Source: Rhynchobatus australiae
Lineage: Eukaryota
Assembly (NCBI GenBank): GCA_034780895.1
Contig: JAUZTB010000087.1
Coordinates: 38,946,026-39,010,025, forward strand
Direction of reading: 5' to 3'
DNA length: 64,000 nt
The translations under genes were made by a program, and so were the position numbers. The notes beneath the pieces were generated by a model. It did no database searches and was not told the origin of the DNA. It saw nothing but the letters and a program-made list of their open reading frames with translations. Of this stretch, positions 23,901 to 36,749 are shown in pieces (within the stretch, counting starts at the first letter, position 1; every line of letters begins with the position of its first letter).

Positions 23901-26900
23901 TTTGCTGAAGAATAGCTTTTTAATGCTATTTTTATAAAACATCTTAATTGATAACATAGAAATCATCTAACTACAGTAGTTGTCGTTAAATAAGAAGCAT
24001 CTCTTGTAGTTCATTGTATTACTCCCTTGAAGGGCTCTAATGACTCAGCCAAAGTGGCATTCAATGCCACTGGATGAGTGGTCGATGAGATCTCAGCCTT
24101 GAATATCTGAATGTTTTGAATAAAGGAAATATATTTATTGATAAGCTCTGAATATCTTTCCTATACAGTGCATCAAATGCTCCCAAGGTAATCATGACAT
24201 TTCAGTATTACATTCATTATTAGGAGAACATCCAACTGTTCAAGAAATATTTCTATTCCTTATAATCTTTCCGTAAAATTTCATTGAACATTATGCTGTA
24301 TTAGTGTTAAATTTGTGCATGCAGTTGATCAGAAGAAAACTAATTAAAAATCAGTAAAGGCCACTTAACTTGAGCTTGCCTTTCCCTAGTATGTCAGTTA
24401 TTATAATGTCAGTTGTGCTTGTTCAAGCAGAGCCATTAGGTATGCTAAGTTCAAGATGCATTTTTAACTTTGAGCTCAAATAAAAGGTCATCTCTCCAGA
24501 CAGGATAAGAAGCCAGTTCAGATTGCAAAAATACGGAGAATTTACTGTTCATGTATGTTGGAAAATGCTCCTTCTGTTGGTCGGCATTCACCTTAATTTA
24601 GAAAGCATATGCCTAGAGAGAAATGTGCTTCTATCTCTGGGCACACCAGCAAAGGCTGCCTCAAGCCAAAACAATTTTAGCAAGAGGACCTTAATCCAGT
24701 ACTCAACCCCTTATTTACAAAAATGAAGGGACAACAACCATAGTAATTGAATGGTTAGTGTAGCTCTGGCTAGAGTATGTGGGCATTTCTTATCTGCTGT
24801 TTTGAAGCCTTTGGAGCCCAATATTTGGATGTTGTGGGGCACAGTTTTAGAGCAGGGTTTATGTTTTAAGCATTCCATTTTAAATTAACCTTTACTACAA
24901 CTGGAATAAGTAACCTAAAGTGCCAAATTTCTGCAACTGTGAACAAGATTCAGCAGCAGATTTTAAATGTATATTTCACATAAATGCAATTAATCCATAG
25001 CACTGAACACTCTGGGAGAAAAGCTTCACATACCCTAGGGCTCTGGCACTAAAGCAAAGAAGAAAATAAAAATTTTAAAAAAGAGAAATTCATAGTTTTT
25101 AAATTTAGTTGAGAGGCAAGTGACGATGTATACGTATATTACACCAGATTTTTACATAGCTACACAATGTATATTTATGTGCTTTGAGAATTAAGTCCAA
25201 AATCATCCAAATAGCAGAGACCAAGATTACGAGCCATGTAGCAGAATAGCCAGAAACATTCAAGGTTGTGGATATCATGAGGAGTTCCTTTTTTGTCCTG
25301 TTACTATCTGGAGGCATAAAGAGTAAGTTCAAAGGGGTTTATGAGAGCAGTCATTGAATTGTTAATGTTCTTAACATTTTTGCTTTGTTTTGTTTTTTTT
25401 TTAATGTTGGTGGTTACTGATATGAGAGTGAAGATGATAGAAATAACATTACCAAAGTTGAAAGGATCCTGTGTTATGAGAAATGATCACATAACCTACT
25501 GCCATTATATTCTCACTTAGTCCTTCCTTCCCTCAGACAATGGACAGTGATTTCTTTTCCTCTCTGATATTTTTATGTGCTTGCACAGGAACTAGTTTGC
25601 TTATGTTGCAAAGACATCTGCAACTTGAACTACTCTTCAATGAGATTTATAAGTGTTAGCTTCTTATGAGGAAGAGCCTGACCTCAGATAATGGGCAGTT
25701 ATTTCTTTTCCTGTCAGATGTATATCTGTTTGCACAAGGAATCATTTGCCCACTATATAGGGAGTTGAGTTGGAATGGCCTGTTTTGTACTGTAGAACAA
25801 TAGTAACTACTTATGGTGGAAACTTCCCTAATGGAAGCTGCATCATAATTGTTTGTTTGGTCTGTGTGTAATTTCTGTTCCATTTCTTTCCCAGTATTTG
25901 CAGTTCACACTTTGCCTGTGTGCTTACCTTATTTCTCTGCGATGTCCCAATCCACTGGGAAATATGTCTAGTGTTATAAATTCTGACAACTGTTATTAAT
26001 AGGACATAGATAAGCAGCTTGACTTGCCTAGTGATTACATTCTCAGTATTCACTTTGAAAACCTGAGCNNNNNNNNNNNNNNNNNNNNNNNNNNNNNNNN
26101 TCTGGTAAATACTTAGTGTTTGACATTGGAATGTTATTCAGCAGGTTTCATTCTTGGTTCCAGTGACATTTCCTATCAGGCAGAGACAGTAAATGTCATA
26201 CTAATCACTGTTTTCTCACAGCTGAAATAAGATATTTTATGTTGCCCCCATTGTATATCGTATGTTGTTGTTAATAAGTAAATTTGCTGGTGTTAATGTT
26301 CCCAGAAGAACAGGTTATACTGATTTAAAAAAAGACTTAGAATGATATCTTCGCGAAACTTAAAACTGAAATAAGAATTTTAGGAGTCATTCAATTAATA
26401 AGTTAATTATTAACTTAAGTTAAAGGACTTTAAAATGAAATTACACCTGCCCTTCACAATACCTCTGAACCATTGTGTGACATTTGTGTTAAACAAGCAG
26501 TATTTGTAAGGCTATCAAATCTCAGTAAACATCCAAACACTCAGAAGTGGTGCTATGTGCAGAAATGGATAATTAATAAGTATATCTTCCAAGTCAGGTA
26601 ATTAAATGTGTTCAAGTTTAATCAGCATGATCATAATTAGGCTGTATTTGCCACCATTAAGTTTGAGCGAGTAAACATTGTGAACTAACAAACACAAGAC
26701 TGGTTATCTGACTCTTCCAAAGGGAGTGATAGCCCACTGTATCCATGTTCTTGATTGAGAGCCTTGTGTGTGTCCACATGTGGTGTGATCCTACGAGTAT
26801 TGGAGTTCATCTAGTAATATCAGCACCAGACTCTTGGAGGAGATTTTGACCTCCTGTGCACAGGGCAGTGTTAAGATAGAGGTGATAGACTCACAGTTTC

Positions 26901-28882
26901 ATCCCTATTTGACTTCTAGTTTTCCCAATACCTTTTGTTGGCCAGGTGAGGTGCCTGCTCAAAGCAGATGAAAAACTCATTAATCTTTGCAAAGTGGAGT
27001 CGCACAATTTGCATAGGACTCTAATAACATTTTAGCTACCTGTTTGCTAAAGCCTTACAAGAGATCTGGCTTGAAAGGGTAAGCACTACAATTGTTTATG
27101 GATGTTGAGGAAGAGAAGGAGCAATGTGGTCATCTCCACCCCCACACCCTCATAAAACACTCTTTCCTATTTACACAATTTTCCCTTTCCTTTTCCTCCA
27201 CCAGCCTCTATAACACTGATCACATGGAAACTCAGCACCAAGAGTAGCAGCAGGACGCTGCCTCCAACTAGTTGTCCAGTATTGAAACTGTTATTTGAAT
27301 TGCAGGATTTCCTCATTTACCTGAGGTCAATAAAAATGATCATTCTGATTTGGTATCTAAATTTTATTTTGTCAAACATTGTACAAAATATATTAAGATG
27401 AGGTGCTGTAAGTTTCTATGAGACCTAGAAGGAATGATGTTTTGTCCTCAAGATAAAGACTCATAGAGTCANNNNNNNNNNATCAAGGACACATCAGTAC
27501 TCATCCTTCTGATTGTCTCTGAATGTCCTTGGCATGTGGAAACATTTTTGAATGTTTCAGAATCATTCTGGGTATTTTAAAAATGATTTTCAGATTTGAC
27601 ATTCTTGGTTAATTCTGGAAGCATAACTTTGCTGGTTTGTGGGTAGGAGCTGCCCACATGATACCCCTTATTGATGATAGAGGCTCTTATGATGCATGGG
27701 GCCTCTCTGTGAAGAACCTACCCAGTAGTTTCGCACATTCCTGCTGGGTTGATCACTAGAAGAGGTCGTATCAAGGTGCATGATAAGCCAGCGGCATTGC
27801 TGCTAATGTAAGATTGGTCCTGTTATCTCTTTGTAATTTAACACTTCTGCTTACAGAGCGTACAATGCTTCTTATCTCTGACCCGTTGGCATGCTTGGAT
27901 ATGTGGCTCCCTATCCCATCATCTAAGTTGAGACCTCAACACAAATCCATGCAGGATACCACTAATTTCATACTGCCAATTTGAGTAGCTGCGCATTATC
28001 CCTCCCTTGTATCTGCTGCTATTCACTCAATTTCTAGACAAGTCAATAAAATAGCAATTGAAATTCAGTTCCAGCTACATCATATACAATGCAGTTATAG
28101 TATTACTGCATTGTTATTTCAGTTGTGCCAACATGCATCCAGCCAGTTTAATGCAAGTGGGATTTACTGGATAGCGCATTTCCATTTCATTTTAGTTAAT
28201 AAATATTTTATAGTTAATTATTGGTGGAGTCAGAAAGTCAGAAATGGATGACCACCATTGCTTGATGAATATATTATGAAGGTGTGTATGTTCTGAGTAG
28301 CTTTGACCAGAACATGTACAGGCATATAATGTACCTGCACTGTGATATTATTATGTTTATTTTTTTTACTTGAATACAGTCAGTACAAAGTTTTGCTGAT
28401 GTACTTCGTACAGGATAGACAATGGAAGCTAGTGTATAAAATTTAACACTACATTGCATTGGCACTTGTGTCATTTGCTGGAAATGAGACATTATTTTTA
28501 CATGAAACAAAATGCAATGAAAATTCATTTGTATCTCCACAGATGATACAGTAAGGAAAGCTATTGCCTGAAGTAGCATTAAGAAGGTTATAGGTTTGAT
28601 GTAAATTTGCTTGGTCAATTGATACTAACTGAGACAAACTTTCTCAGCTTTCCTTGCACCAGTAGGAAAGTGAAAATCAGCTGGGCCCTACACCTGATTG
28701 CTTTTCAATTTCTGATTCAATGTGAAGAAGCGAGAATGAGATCAATATACCAGGAATTATCCCTCAGAGAAAGAGAACAATGGAACAAAAGAATGGTGGT
28801 TAATTGGTAGACAATAGGGGGAACTGGAATTGGAAATATTATGGAAACATAATATGCTAACTGTGGTGTATTTATTTCTCAG

Positions 28883-29017
28883 AATATGTGTACATAGCAA
28901 CAAAAAGCAAAACCAGCGAGGATATTGTACAGTCTGCAAGATATCCTGCAGCTTACTCTCCAGATATCTTCCAGCAGACAGAGTCAGAGTATTGGCATTA
29001 TCCGACTTCACCTAAAG
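28883..29017 (+). CDS. ABLIM3: ABLIM3 exon (E-YVYIATKSKTSEDIVQSARYPAAYSPDIFQQTESEYWHYPTSPK), phase 1-1
   Basis: gctaac branch site, tttctcag acceptor, gtagac donor; 135 nt. Matches ATKSKTSEDI...YSPD...ESEYW...SPK. Confidence 0.93.
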
Positions 29018-29969
29018 GTAGACATACAAATTGATAGATGTTAATGTGTTTTTATTTGTAAGGTAACGCATTATTAAGCTAGTGGAAACTCTAACATGTG
29101 TAATCAGAATCCACATCTGTTGTTTTGGAGTGGTGAAGAGGGAACCTAAAATTATTGCTATACCACCTGAAAATAAAAAAATTGGCTATAGTCTATTAAA
29201 AATAAAAAATGGAAGTATGATTTCATTACATCATCTTTTTGTTTCACAATTGCTACTACATTGGCAAGAAAATTATATGAAGCAAAATAAATGTTCAAAC
29301 ATTAAAATAAATAAAGTAATGCAAGCTAAAATTGAGTGNNNNNNNNNNNNNNNNNNNNNNNNNNNNNNNNNNNNNNNNNNNNNNNNNNNNNNNNNNNNNN
29401 NNNNNNNNNNNNNNNNNNNNNNNNNNNNNNNNNNNNNNCTAGCCTTTGAGACATGAAAAGGCTTGAAGCATTGAACAGGAAACTAGTGTGCTATTTTTAG
29501 TACTAGTACATATTAATTGCATTTTATGGTCCAAAATAAAATTAATTAGGTTGCATTTGAATTTTGTGATGATTGCTAAAAGTCCTTTTTTGTTTTCTTA
29601 ATTTATTCCTTAATTTCCATCAGTGTTAAGACTTTTTGTGTTATTTTTCTTTAAGATACCTTTATTAGTCACATGTACATCGAAACGCAGAGTTTATTGA
29701 TAAACTGGAAATATTAAAAAGAGTTCTCAAATCTTAAACCAAATGTGAGGGTGGGAGTAGCTGCAATTAATCTAATTCTTCTTTCCATCCCTGCAGAGAA
29801 ACACCAGTTGTGCCTTTTCTAAGGTATAATCAACATTTAGGAAATCAGACAGATAGCTGTCTTGCATCAATCTGTCATGTCTCATTAAATCTGACTTTTG
29901 CTTTGCAGCATAGCTATGTAACTGGAGAAATTCACATTGCATTGTTCAGTTGACTTTCTATGCCTAGAC

Positions 29970-30300
29970 CAATTGAGTTTCTGGTCAGTGATAGCTTCCA
30001 GAATGTTGATGGTGGAGGAGCACAATGATGGTAATGCCATTGAATATTAAGGAAGGGTGGTTTGGCTCCTACTGGAGATGATTATTGTCTGGTGCTTCGT
30101 GAGGCAAACGTTGCTTGCTGCTTATTGACCCATGCCTGAATATTGTCTAGGTTTTGCTGTGTGCAATCATAAACTGTTTATTTAGTTGAGGAATTGCAAA
30201 TGGAATTGAACACTATGCAGTCATCCACAAGCATCTGACATTATGATGGAACATAGTTCTTTGATGAAGCAGCTGAAAATGATTGAGCCTTAGACACTCC
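29970..30300 (-). mobile_element. RT fragment of the second LINE family
   Basis: atggtaatgccattgaat...attattgtctgg...gatgaagcagctgaa aligns by eye to 60290-60580. Confidence 0.6.
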
Positions 30301-30847
30301 CATGAGAGAAATGTGGGTACAGAATCATGTTCCAGTACTTACTACTGCTACACACCATTCAAACTTAAACAATTTGGGCAAAGTGAGGTAAATGTAAGCT
30401 CTGCCACACATACTGTTATGAAGCAGAACTGGCATGTAGTTCTGCTTATGGCTCTGAACAAAATTTGTTAAATCTCATCCAACCTGATTGATGGTGTCAA
30501 AAGCTTTCAATTTAACAAATGTCCACGTAAATATCTTGGTTTTGTTCCATTCATTTCTAAATTTGGCAAGCTCAGAGATGTTATGTCCAGGATTCATATA
30601 CTGGTCCTGAATTCCAGAACTAATTCCAGAAGCCCTCTTTCCATTATATTCAGGAGCAGATGATTGAGAGGAATCCATTTCAAGACCTTTTTGGCTTCTT
30701 CTTGTTTATCTCAATAACATTTGCCAGTTTTTCTAACACCATCTTTTTCACTTTCACTACCACTATCACTCTCTACCTTTATTGCCCTGGATTTACTACA
30801 GTTGCATAGAGTGTACAGCAGGCAAATGGGTCTTTCAGCTAGTGGGT

Positions 30848-31160
30848 CATAGTCATCCAACGTGGAAACTGGCCCTTTGGCCCAATAGGTCCATGCTGAC
30901 AATCAAGCACCCATACATCCCATTGTATTCTCCCCACATTCCCATCAATTCCTCCCAGATTCTACTGCTTGCCTACATACTAGGAGCAATTTACATTGGC
31001 CAATTAACCTACCAACCCACACATCTTTCAGATGTGAGAGGAAACTGGAGCGCCTGGGAGAAACCCACACAGCCATAAGGGAGAATGTGCAAACTCCACA
31101 TAGACAGCACTAGTTGTCAGGATGGACCCCAGGTCACTGGAGTTGCACTACTGTACTGCC
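30848..31160 (-). mobile_element. tRNA-derived V-SINE (HE1-like) with CR1-like tail
   Basis: Tail ggccctttggccca; V domain ggaaactggagcgcctgggagaaacccac...gggagaatgtgcaaactccaca. Confidence 0.75.
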
Positions 31161-31297
31161 ACTAAGCCTGTACCTATGTTTCACATGATACTCCCCTCCA
31201 TCTGCTGTGCCTTGCCTTTCTGAATTTCTTTCTATTCCTTTTTTCCATCGGGTATTTGTGTAGCCTCTCCTTTAAGACTTCTATGCTGTTTGCTTCA

Positions 31298-31592
31298 ATA
31301 AGATCAGATAAAATATCTTTATTAGTCACATGTACAACAAAACACACAGTGAAATGCATTTTTTGCATCCAGTGTTCTGGGGGCAACCCGCAGTGTCGCC
31401 ACACTTCCGACGCCAACATAGCATGCCCATAACTTCCTAACCCGTATGTCTTTGTTGTGGGAGGAAGCAGGAGCACCCAGAGGAAACCCACACAGACACA
31501 GGGAGAATGTACAAGCAGGCAGTGGCCAGAATTGAACCCGGGTCGTTGGTGCTGTAAAGTGTTACGCTAACTACTACACTACTGTGCCTGCC
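31298..31592 (-). mobile_element. tRNA-derived V-SINE with a non-CR1 tail, nested in an old CR1 fragment
   Basis: Minus strand has an A box (TAGTGTAGTAGTTAG), a B box (GGGTTCAATTC), the V domain, and the tail GTACATGTGACTAATAAAGATAT... Confidence 0.8.
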
Positions 31593-33273
31593 ACGTTTAC
31601 TTTTTAACCATTCCCGAGTAAAGATATTTCTCCAGAATTTGTTAATGGGTTCATTTCTCTGTGTTAATACAGAATGTGCTGTGGTGAAATCTATACCATG
31701 CACATTTTGTGCCTTTTTAACTACAAGAGCATTAAGATTTTCCTAGCTTATTGAAATAGAAATATGAATTAAATCAAGTCAAAGTTATCTGCTAAGTACT
31801 GCTGGTGCCTACTAAAGAGTACTGTCCAGACCTTTCAGGACAAACTCATAAGGTTGACTTTCTTGTATTTGTGTTAATCAAAAAAGTGACGTGCATAAGA
31901 AAAATGCAATGTGGAGAAATAGTGGCAATGAAATCCTACCCTGCATCTGTGAAGCACTTAGCTCTCAAACAGAGGAGTTAGAATTGCTGATGATGAAATT
32001 TTGAACAGGACAGCTGAAATTTTTTAAAGGTTATTGATGAACAAATGATGAAACTTTCTCACAGGTGCAGAGGCACATTGAAGTGTCAATGATCCACGAA
32101 GGACCAGCATGGCAATTTTTGTTACATTAAGTGTTATTTGAAACTGGAAGGAAAATATAATTGAAACCAAGGTATCTGTAGCAGTTAAATGTAGACAGCA
32201 ATCTTGTGTGCAATTCCAGCTATCGCTTTGTATGTTCAAAATGGTATTGCATTACAAAAATCAAATTCTATTTCATGAAATTTTAACCACAATAGATAGA
32301 TGCAAAAACACACAAGTTTCCACCTTAGGAGGTCAACACAGGTATTGGTGCAAAATCAGAGATTTTGGTGTAAATTTCACTTTTGGATCCTTAATAATAA
32401 TATTCAGTTCAAATTTTGACATTTTTCAGAGTGTGGTTCCTCTAACTTTCAATCAATCGTACTATTCTGTTGTAGTGTTAAATTCCATTTTATAATAGAG
32501 CATTCTACACTTGTCAAATGTATACATTTGAGAGCCAGCTGCCTCCCATTGTTTTGCTTTTAATCGTTTATAACAAGTATTTACAGCAGAGCAAAATAAT
32601 TAATCATAGTCATAATTAATCACGATAATATGTGGCTTGGACTGCAGAATGAATTTTAATTATAATAGTTTTAATGCCTAAATCACGAGAGTATATTTGA
32701 GCCAAATGTAATGTAAATACTATTTGGAAACAGTAGGCTTTTCATAACATCTATGCACAAAGATAAGTACACTTTCAAGTAATTTATGTCATCGTCAGGG
32801 GTAAAACTAAGCTTATTGTAGATCAAACAAAACCATATCATTTGAGCTTAAGCATAAAGAGGACATTGATATCTGACATTGAGCATAGCTCCAATAACTA
32901 CTGAAAGATCGATAGAGGTTGTTTTTCTCCTCAGAGCAGAGTGAAGGGAGCTATGAGGCAGTGTTAGTGAAAATATTAACGAGCTATTCTGAATCGATGC
33001 AGAGAACAGATATAATGTAAGCATAACTAACTGATTTCCAGAAAAGACTGAATTAAATAGTTTATCGATTCAGAATAATGGATTCAATGATCACCCAATG
33101 CTATTCTTATGGTAACAATTTAAGAGAAGCTGGACAATTGTTGAATAGAAGAATATGGCAAAATAGAGACGACAATAGGGTCAGCCTGGTAGCTGGAAAT
33201 GTTCTGCTTTGGTTCACCTGCTGATGTACTGATGACTGAAGATTGCTTTTGATAGATCTGTCTTGTTTTTCAG

Positions 33274-33350
33274 CCTCAAGATGGAGTCGAAGATCTTCTT
33301 CTGGTGCTGAGGACGATGGCCAAAATATTTGGGACCAGGGTATTCAGAGG
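33274..33350 (+). CDS. ABLIM3: ABLIM3 exon (A-SRWSRRSSSGAEDDGQNIWDQGIQR), phase 1-0
   Basis: Acceptor ttgtttttcag, donor gtatga; 77 nt. Homologous to human RARRFSSGGEEDD, and its phases join the flanking exons correctly. Confidence 0.85.
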
Positions 33351-34764
33351 GTATGAACTTTATCTCATACAATTAGTTGCCAGTAAAAATATGTTTACAC
33401 AAATAAAGAAAACTATGGCAGTAGGTAATCCCAGTTATCGATTAGACAATGCATATCAAAGAGAAGTCCATAAATACTTTTTAAATTATTGTCACATGTA
33501 AACACCAAGTAGATGCCTAAATTGAAAGATTGTTGCAGATATCTGGTCTAAACATTTTCTGAATCAATCCCAAGCACTTTTTCATATTATATTCAAATAA
33601 TTGAATAAAAATAAATAAATTCAAAATCAGCATGTATCAATTGTAAATTGACATTTGAAAATGTTTAGATGAAAAATCCTAAATATATATCAATGACATC
33701 TTGACCTTGTTTGTGTTTCTACACACCCATTTTTTTCTTCCCATGCTATTCTAAGATTCTGCTTTGCACCTGGGGTACACTTCCACAAATGTCATATTTT
33801 GTTTATTCATAAGTAAAATGGTTTTTGTCAGTAACAAAATGAGAAGACAGATGGTTGGTGCACTCGTTGTGGTCTTCATTGATGAAAGAAAAGAAACCTA
33901 AATTGTAACTAAACAGAACATCTAAATGCCCAATCATTTCATCCAGTATTCAACAGGCTAGGAACTAATTGAAATTCTTGGGATGATCCAAGTCAGTTCC
34001 AGTTTTTGACATTATCATTTACCTTCACTACAGCAAAGTACAATTTCAGCATGGTCACATCACACTGGAGATCTCACTTTCTGTTCCCACATGGTAAAAT
34101 GTAGCATTATTCAGCACTATTTTAATAATATGAAGACCACAGTGCAACTATCAAAAGTCCTTGAAATGACTGAAAAGCTGCTGCTGGGTCATGGTTCTGT
34201 CATTACTGCTGGTACAGAGCTGAGAAGAAACTAAGTATCATCTCAATATTGTAGTTTATTTCTGTACTATATATGCCACTGTGGGTTCTTTATCAAAACA
34301 TGCAGAATATGCACAGTAATACATTGGAAACATGGAAAGTTCTATTTGGTCTGCCTGGTTCAAGATTCCTTTTTGATTGTGCACGATGATGCACTTGATT
34401 AAATACATCAAGCAGTGAGTTCACATATACTTTTCAATTATTTTTTCTCTTTAAAGCAAAGAGTAAAATTTACAAATTTATGAAGGTTTAATTAACTAAC
34501 TGGCTGGTGATTCTGATCTTCATGACAGTACTGTTGTAGCATGACTTGATGTTGGAGACTCAGCAAGTGTTGACCTACCACCTGCCTTTGGTATCACCTC
34601 TTAGCCCTCTTCAGCTAAGTTCCATATCAACTTCTTCACCAACTGGACAGCTCCCTCCAGGACTATGTTCAAACTCACCATCTTCTCTTGGATGCCTTGC
34701 AGTGTGATGCAGCAGCCTACATTGCCATTTTCAATTCTCACCCGTCTTGTGAGATAATTGTTGG

Positions 34765-34986
34765 AACCATCAGTGTCTCTGATATCCCATCGTCAATGCT
34801 GCCCCAGAGAGCAATCCCATTCCCCCACCTATTTCCTTGCAACCCATTTTCACTCATATGCCCATCCATACATGCAGACTCAGGGAGGATGTGCAAACTC
34901 CACACACCCAACACCAGGGATCAGGATCAAACCTGGGTCTCTGGAGCTTTGAGGCAACAGCACCACCCACCGCCCCACTGTGCCAC
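34765..34986 (-). mobile_element. tRNA-derived SINE (V-SINE family, decayed)
   Basis: gggaggatgtgcaaactccacac...ggatcaaacctgggtctctggagct...ccactgtgcc head. Confidence 0.7.
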
Positions 34987-35099
34987 CCATAATCAAACTT
35001 CCCCTACCTGCAGTATACTGCCACTTGAAGTATTTGACCACTGCAGCAGCTTCAATCCTTTTCCATCCTACCCTCACTATCAGTCACAGACTATAGTTA

Positions 35100-35585
35100 A
35101 GTAATATAGAAAGGATGTGTTTGTGCTGGAGAGAGTGCAGAGGAGATTCACCAGGGTATTGCCTGGACTGAAGGACTATAGTTATTGGGAGAGATGGGAT
35201 AGGCTGTGTTTATTTTCCCTGGAGCAAAGGAGACTGAAGGTTGCCCTGATAGAGGTATATAAAATTATAAGAGGCATAGATAAGGGTGGACAGTCAGAAT
35301 CTTTTTTTCATGGTAGGTGGTATCAAAAATAAGAGGACATAGATTTAAGGTGTGAGGAAGGATTTATATAAGGGATTTGAGCAGAAAGTTGTTTTACACT
35401 AAGAATGGTTGATATCTGGAGCTCGCTGCCAGAGGAGATGATGGAGTCAGATACAGTCATTATATTTTAAGAGATACTTAAATAGGCAAGGCATTGAAGA
35501 ATATGAACCTAATGCAGGCAAATGGGATTGCGGTCAATGGGCAAAAAGAGTGGCATGGACTTTTCTATGCCGTACAATTCTATAA
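35100..35585 (+). mobile_element. CR1 LINE 3' fragment
   Basis: LERVQRRFTRVLPGL...LFSLEQRRLK..LIEVYKI, ending in a ttctatg-type tail. Confidence 0.85.
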
Positions 35586-35866
35586 CATGCAGAATATGTA
35601 CAATGATATGTGGGAAATCATGGAGCCTTCAGGATTTCTGTCTAGTTGAGTAGAAGTTCTTCATACTGTGTACATGCATATAACACAAATCACATATGTT
35701 ATTTAGTAATGTCACATTTATTTATATATACTACAACTTATTTGTCTTCTCGTGCAGGGTAGCAGTGGCTCTTTATTATAGCACATTGGCCTATTTCAAA
35801 ACTGTGTGTGCCAACGACTGTCATTTGTAATCCTTCTGGTTTTGAATTTTTTGACTATATCTCATG

Positions 35867-35878
35867 GCCATCTGCTGG
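35867..35878 (-). promoter_or_regulatory. Possible CTCF site
   Basis: Minus strand CCAGCAGATGGC is an exact match to the CCASYAGRKGGC core; sequence match only. Confidence 0.3.
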
Positions 35879-36601
35879 TTGTTAACACAAGCATCTTCTC
35901 TGTATTCACAGTACATTATTTTTGAATGCAAATTATTTAGAGAGGATCACCCAATTAGTCCTGGAACCTGACAGTGCTTCCTTATCAGGCAGAGGTTGGA
36001 GGCCAACAGGATTTGCAGCAGTTCTGGTTATTAGAAATAATGGCTGCTGAAAGTCATTGTGCTCATGCCATGGCAAGGTTTAAAAGTCAACAGCCTGCAA
36101 AAAATTTGTTTTCATTTAGCTGAGTTAACCCTTTTCATGAAGGGCTTTAGTAAAATGAATAAAGTGCTTTTGGACCATGGGTATGATTATAAATTGGTAT
36201 TTTTAATGTTTATGCTATTTATATGCTTTCACTTGGGTGATAATATTGTGCCATTGCTTTTAACTTAATCCAACTAGTTATATTTTAAGCTAATTAATAC
36301 TAATGAAGTGTGCATTACCAATTTGCTCTAGTCATATCAATTGGTCATATAGTCACATTCATTGTTTTCTCTATGTGTTCCCAAGCTTGATGTAATTGTG
36401 TCTCTGGGATAATTAAAATAGCAGAACTATTGTTTTGGCAAAGGCACAATTTGATTCTCTTGCTTCCCTTATTTTAGATACAGAGTGGCTGATATCTGGA
36501 NNNNNNNNNNNNNNNNNNNNNNNNNNNNNNNNNNNNNNNNNNNNNNNNNNNNNNNNNNNNNNNNNNNNNNNNNNNNNNNNNNNNNNNNNNNNNNNNNNNN
36601 G

Positions 36602-36749
36602 ATACAGAGTGGCATTAATCGACTAATTCTGAAGGAGGAAATGAAAGCTAGATCAGGGAGTTATGATAACGACCCTTGGACAACACGAAGCTCCACAACA
36701 AGTAGGGAATACCTACAGAATGTAGGCTATGAATCTCCAGTTAATGGAT
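36602..36749 (+). CDS. ABLIM3: ABLIM3 exon (IQSGINRLILKEEMKARSGSYDNDPWTTRSSTTSREYLQNVGYESPVNG-S), phase 0-1
   Basis: 148 nt, donor gtaagt. Contains the SG(I/L)xRLILKEEM coiled-coil motif. The real acceptor appears before the gap (tttag at 36473-36477, followed by the same ATACAGAGTGGC). Confidence 0.93.

Noticed and set aside
28830-29015. Cys-containing 61-aa ORF overlapping an ABLIM3 exon
   Set aside because: It is an alternative frame of the real exon, with no independent start evidence and no LIM-like Cys/His spacing.
31520-31592. tRNA-like A/B boxes
   Set aside because: Part of a SINE head with no complete cloverleaf, so not a tRNA gene.
35741-35785. Good-looking acceptor tttgtcttctcgtgcag
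   Set aside because: It is followed by GSSGSLL-stop with no convincing donor; probably a chance match.
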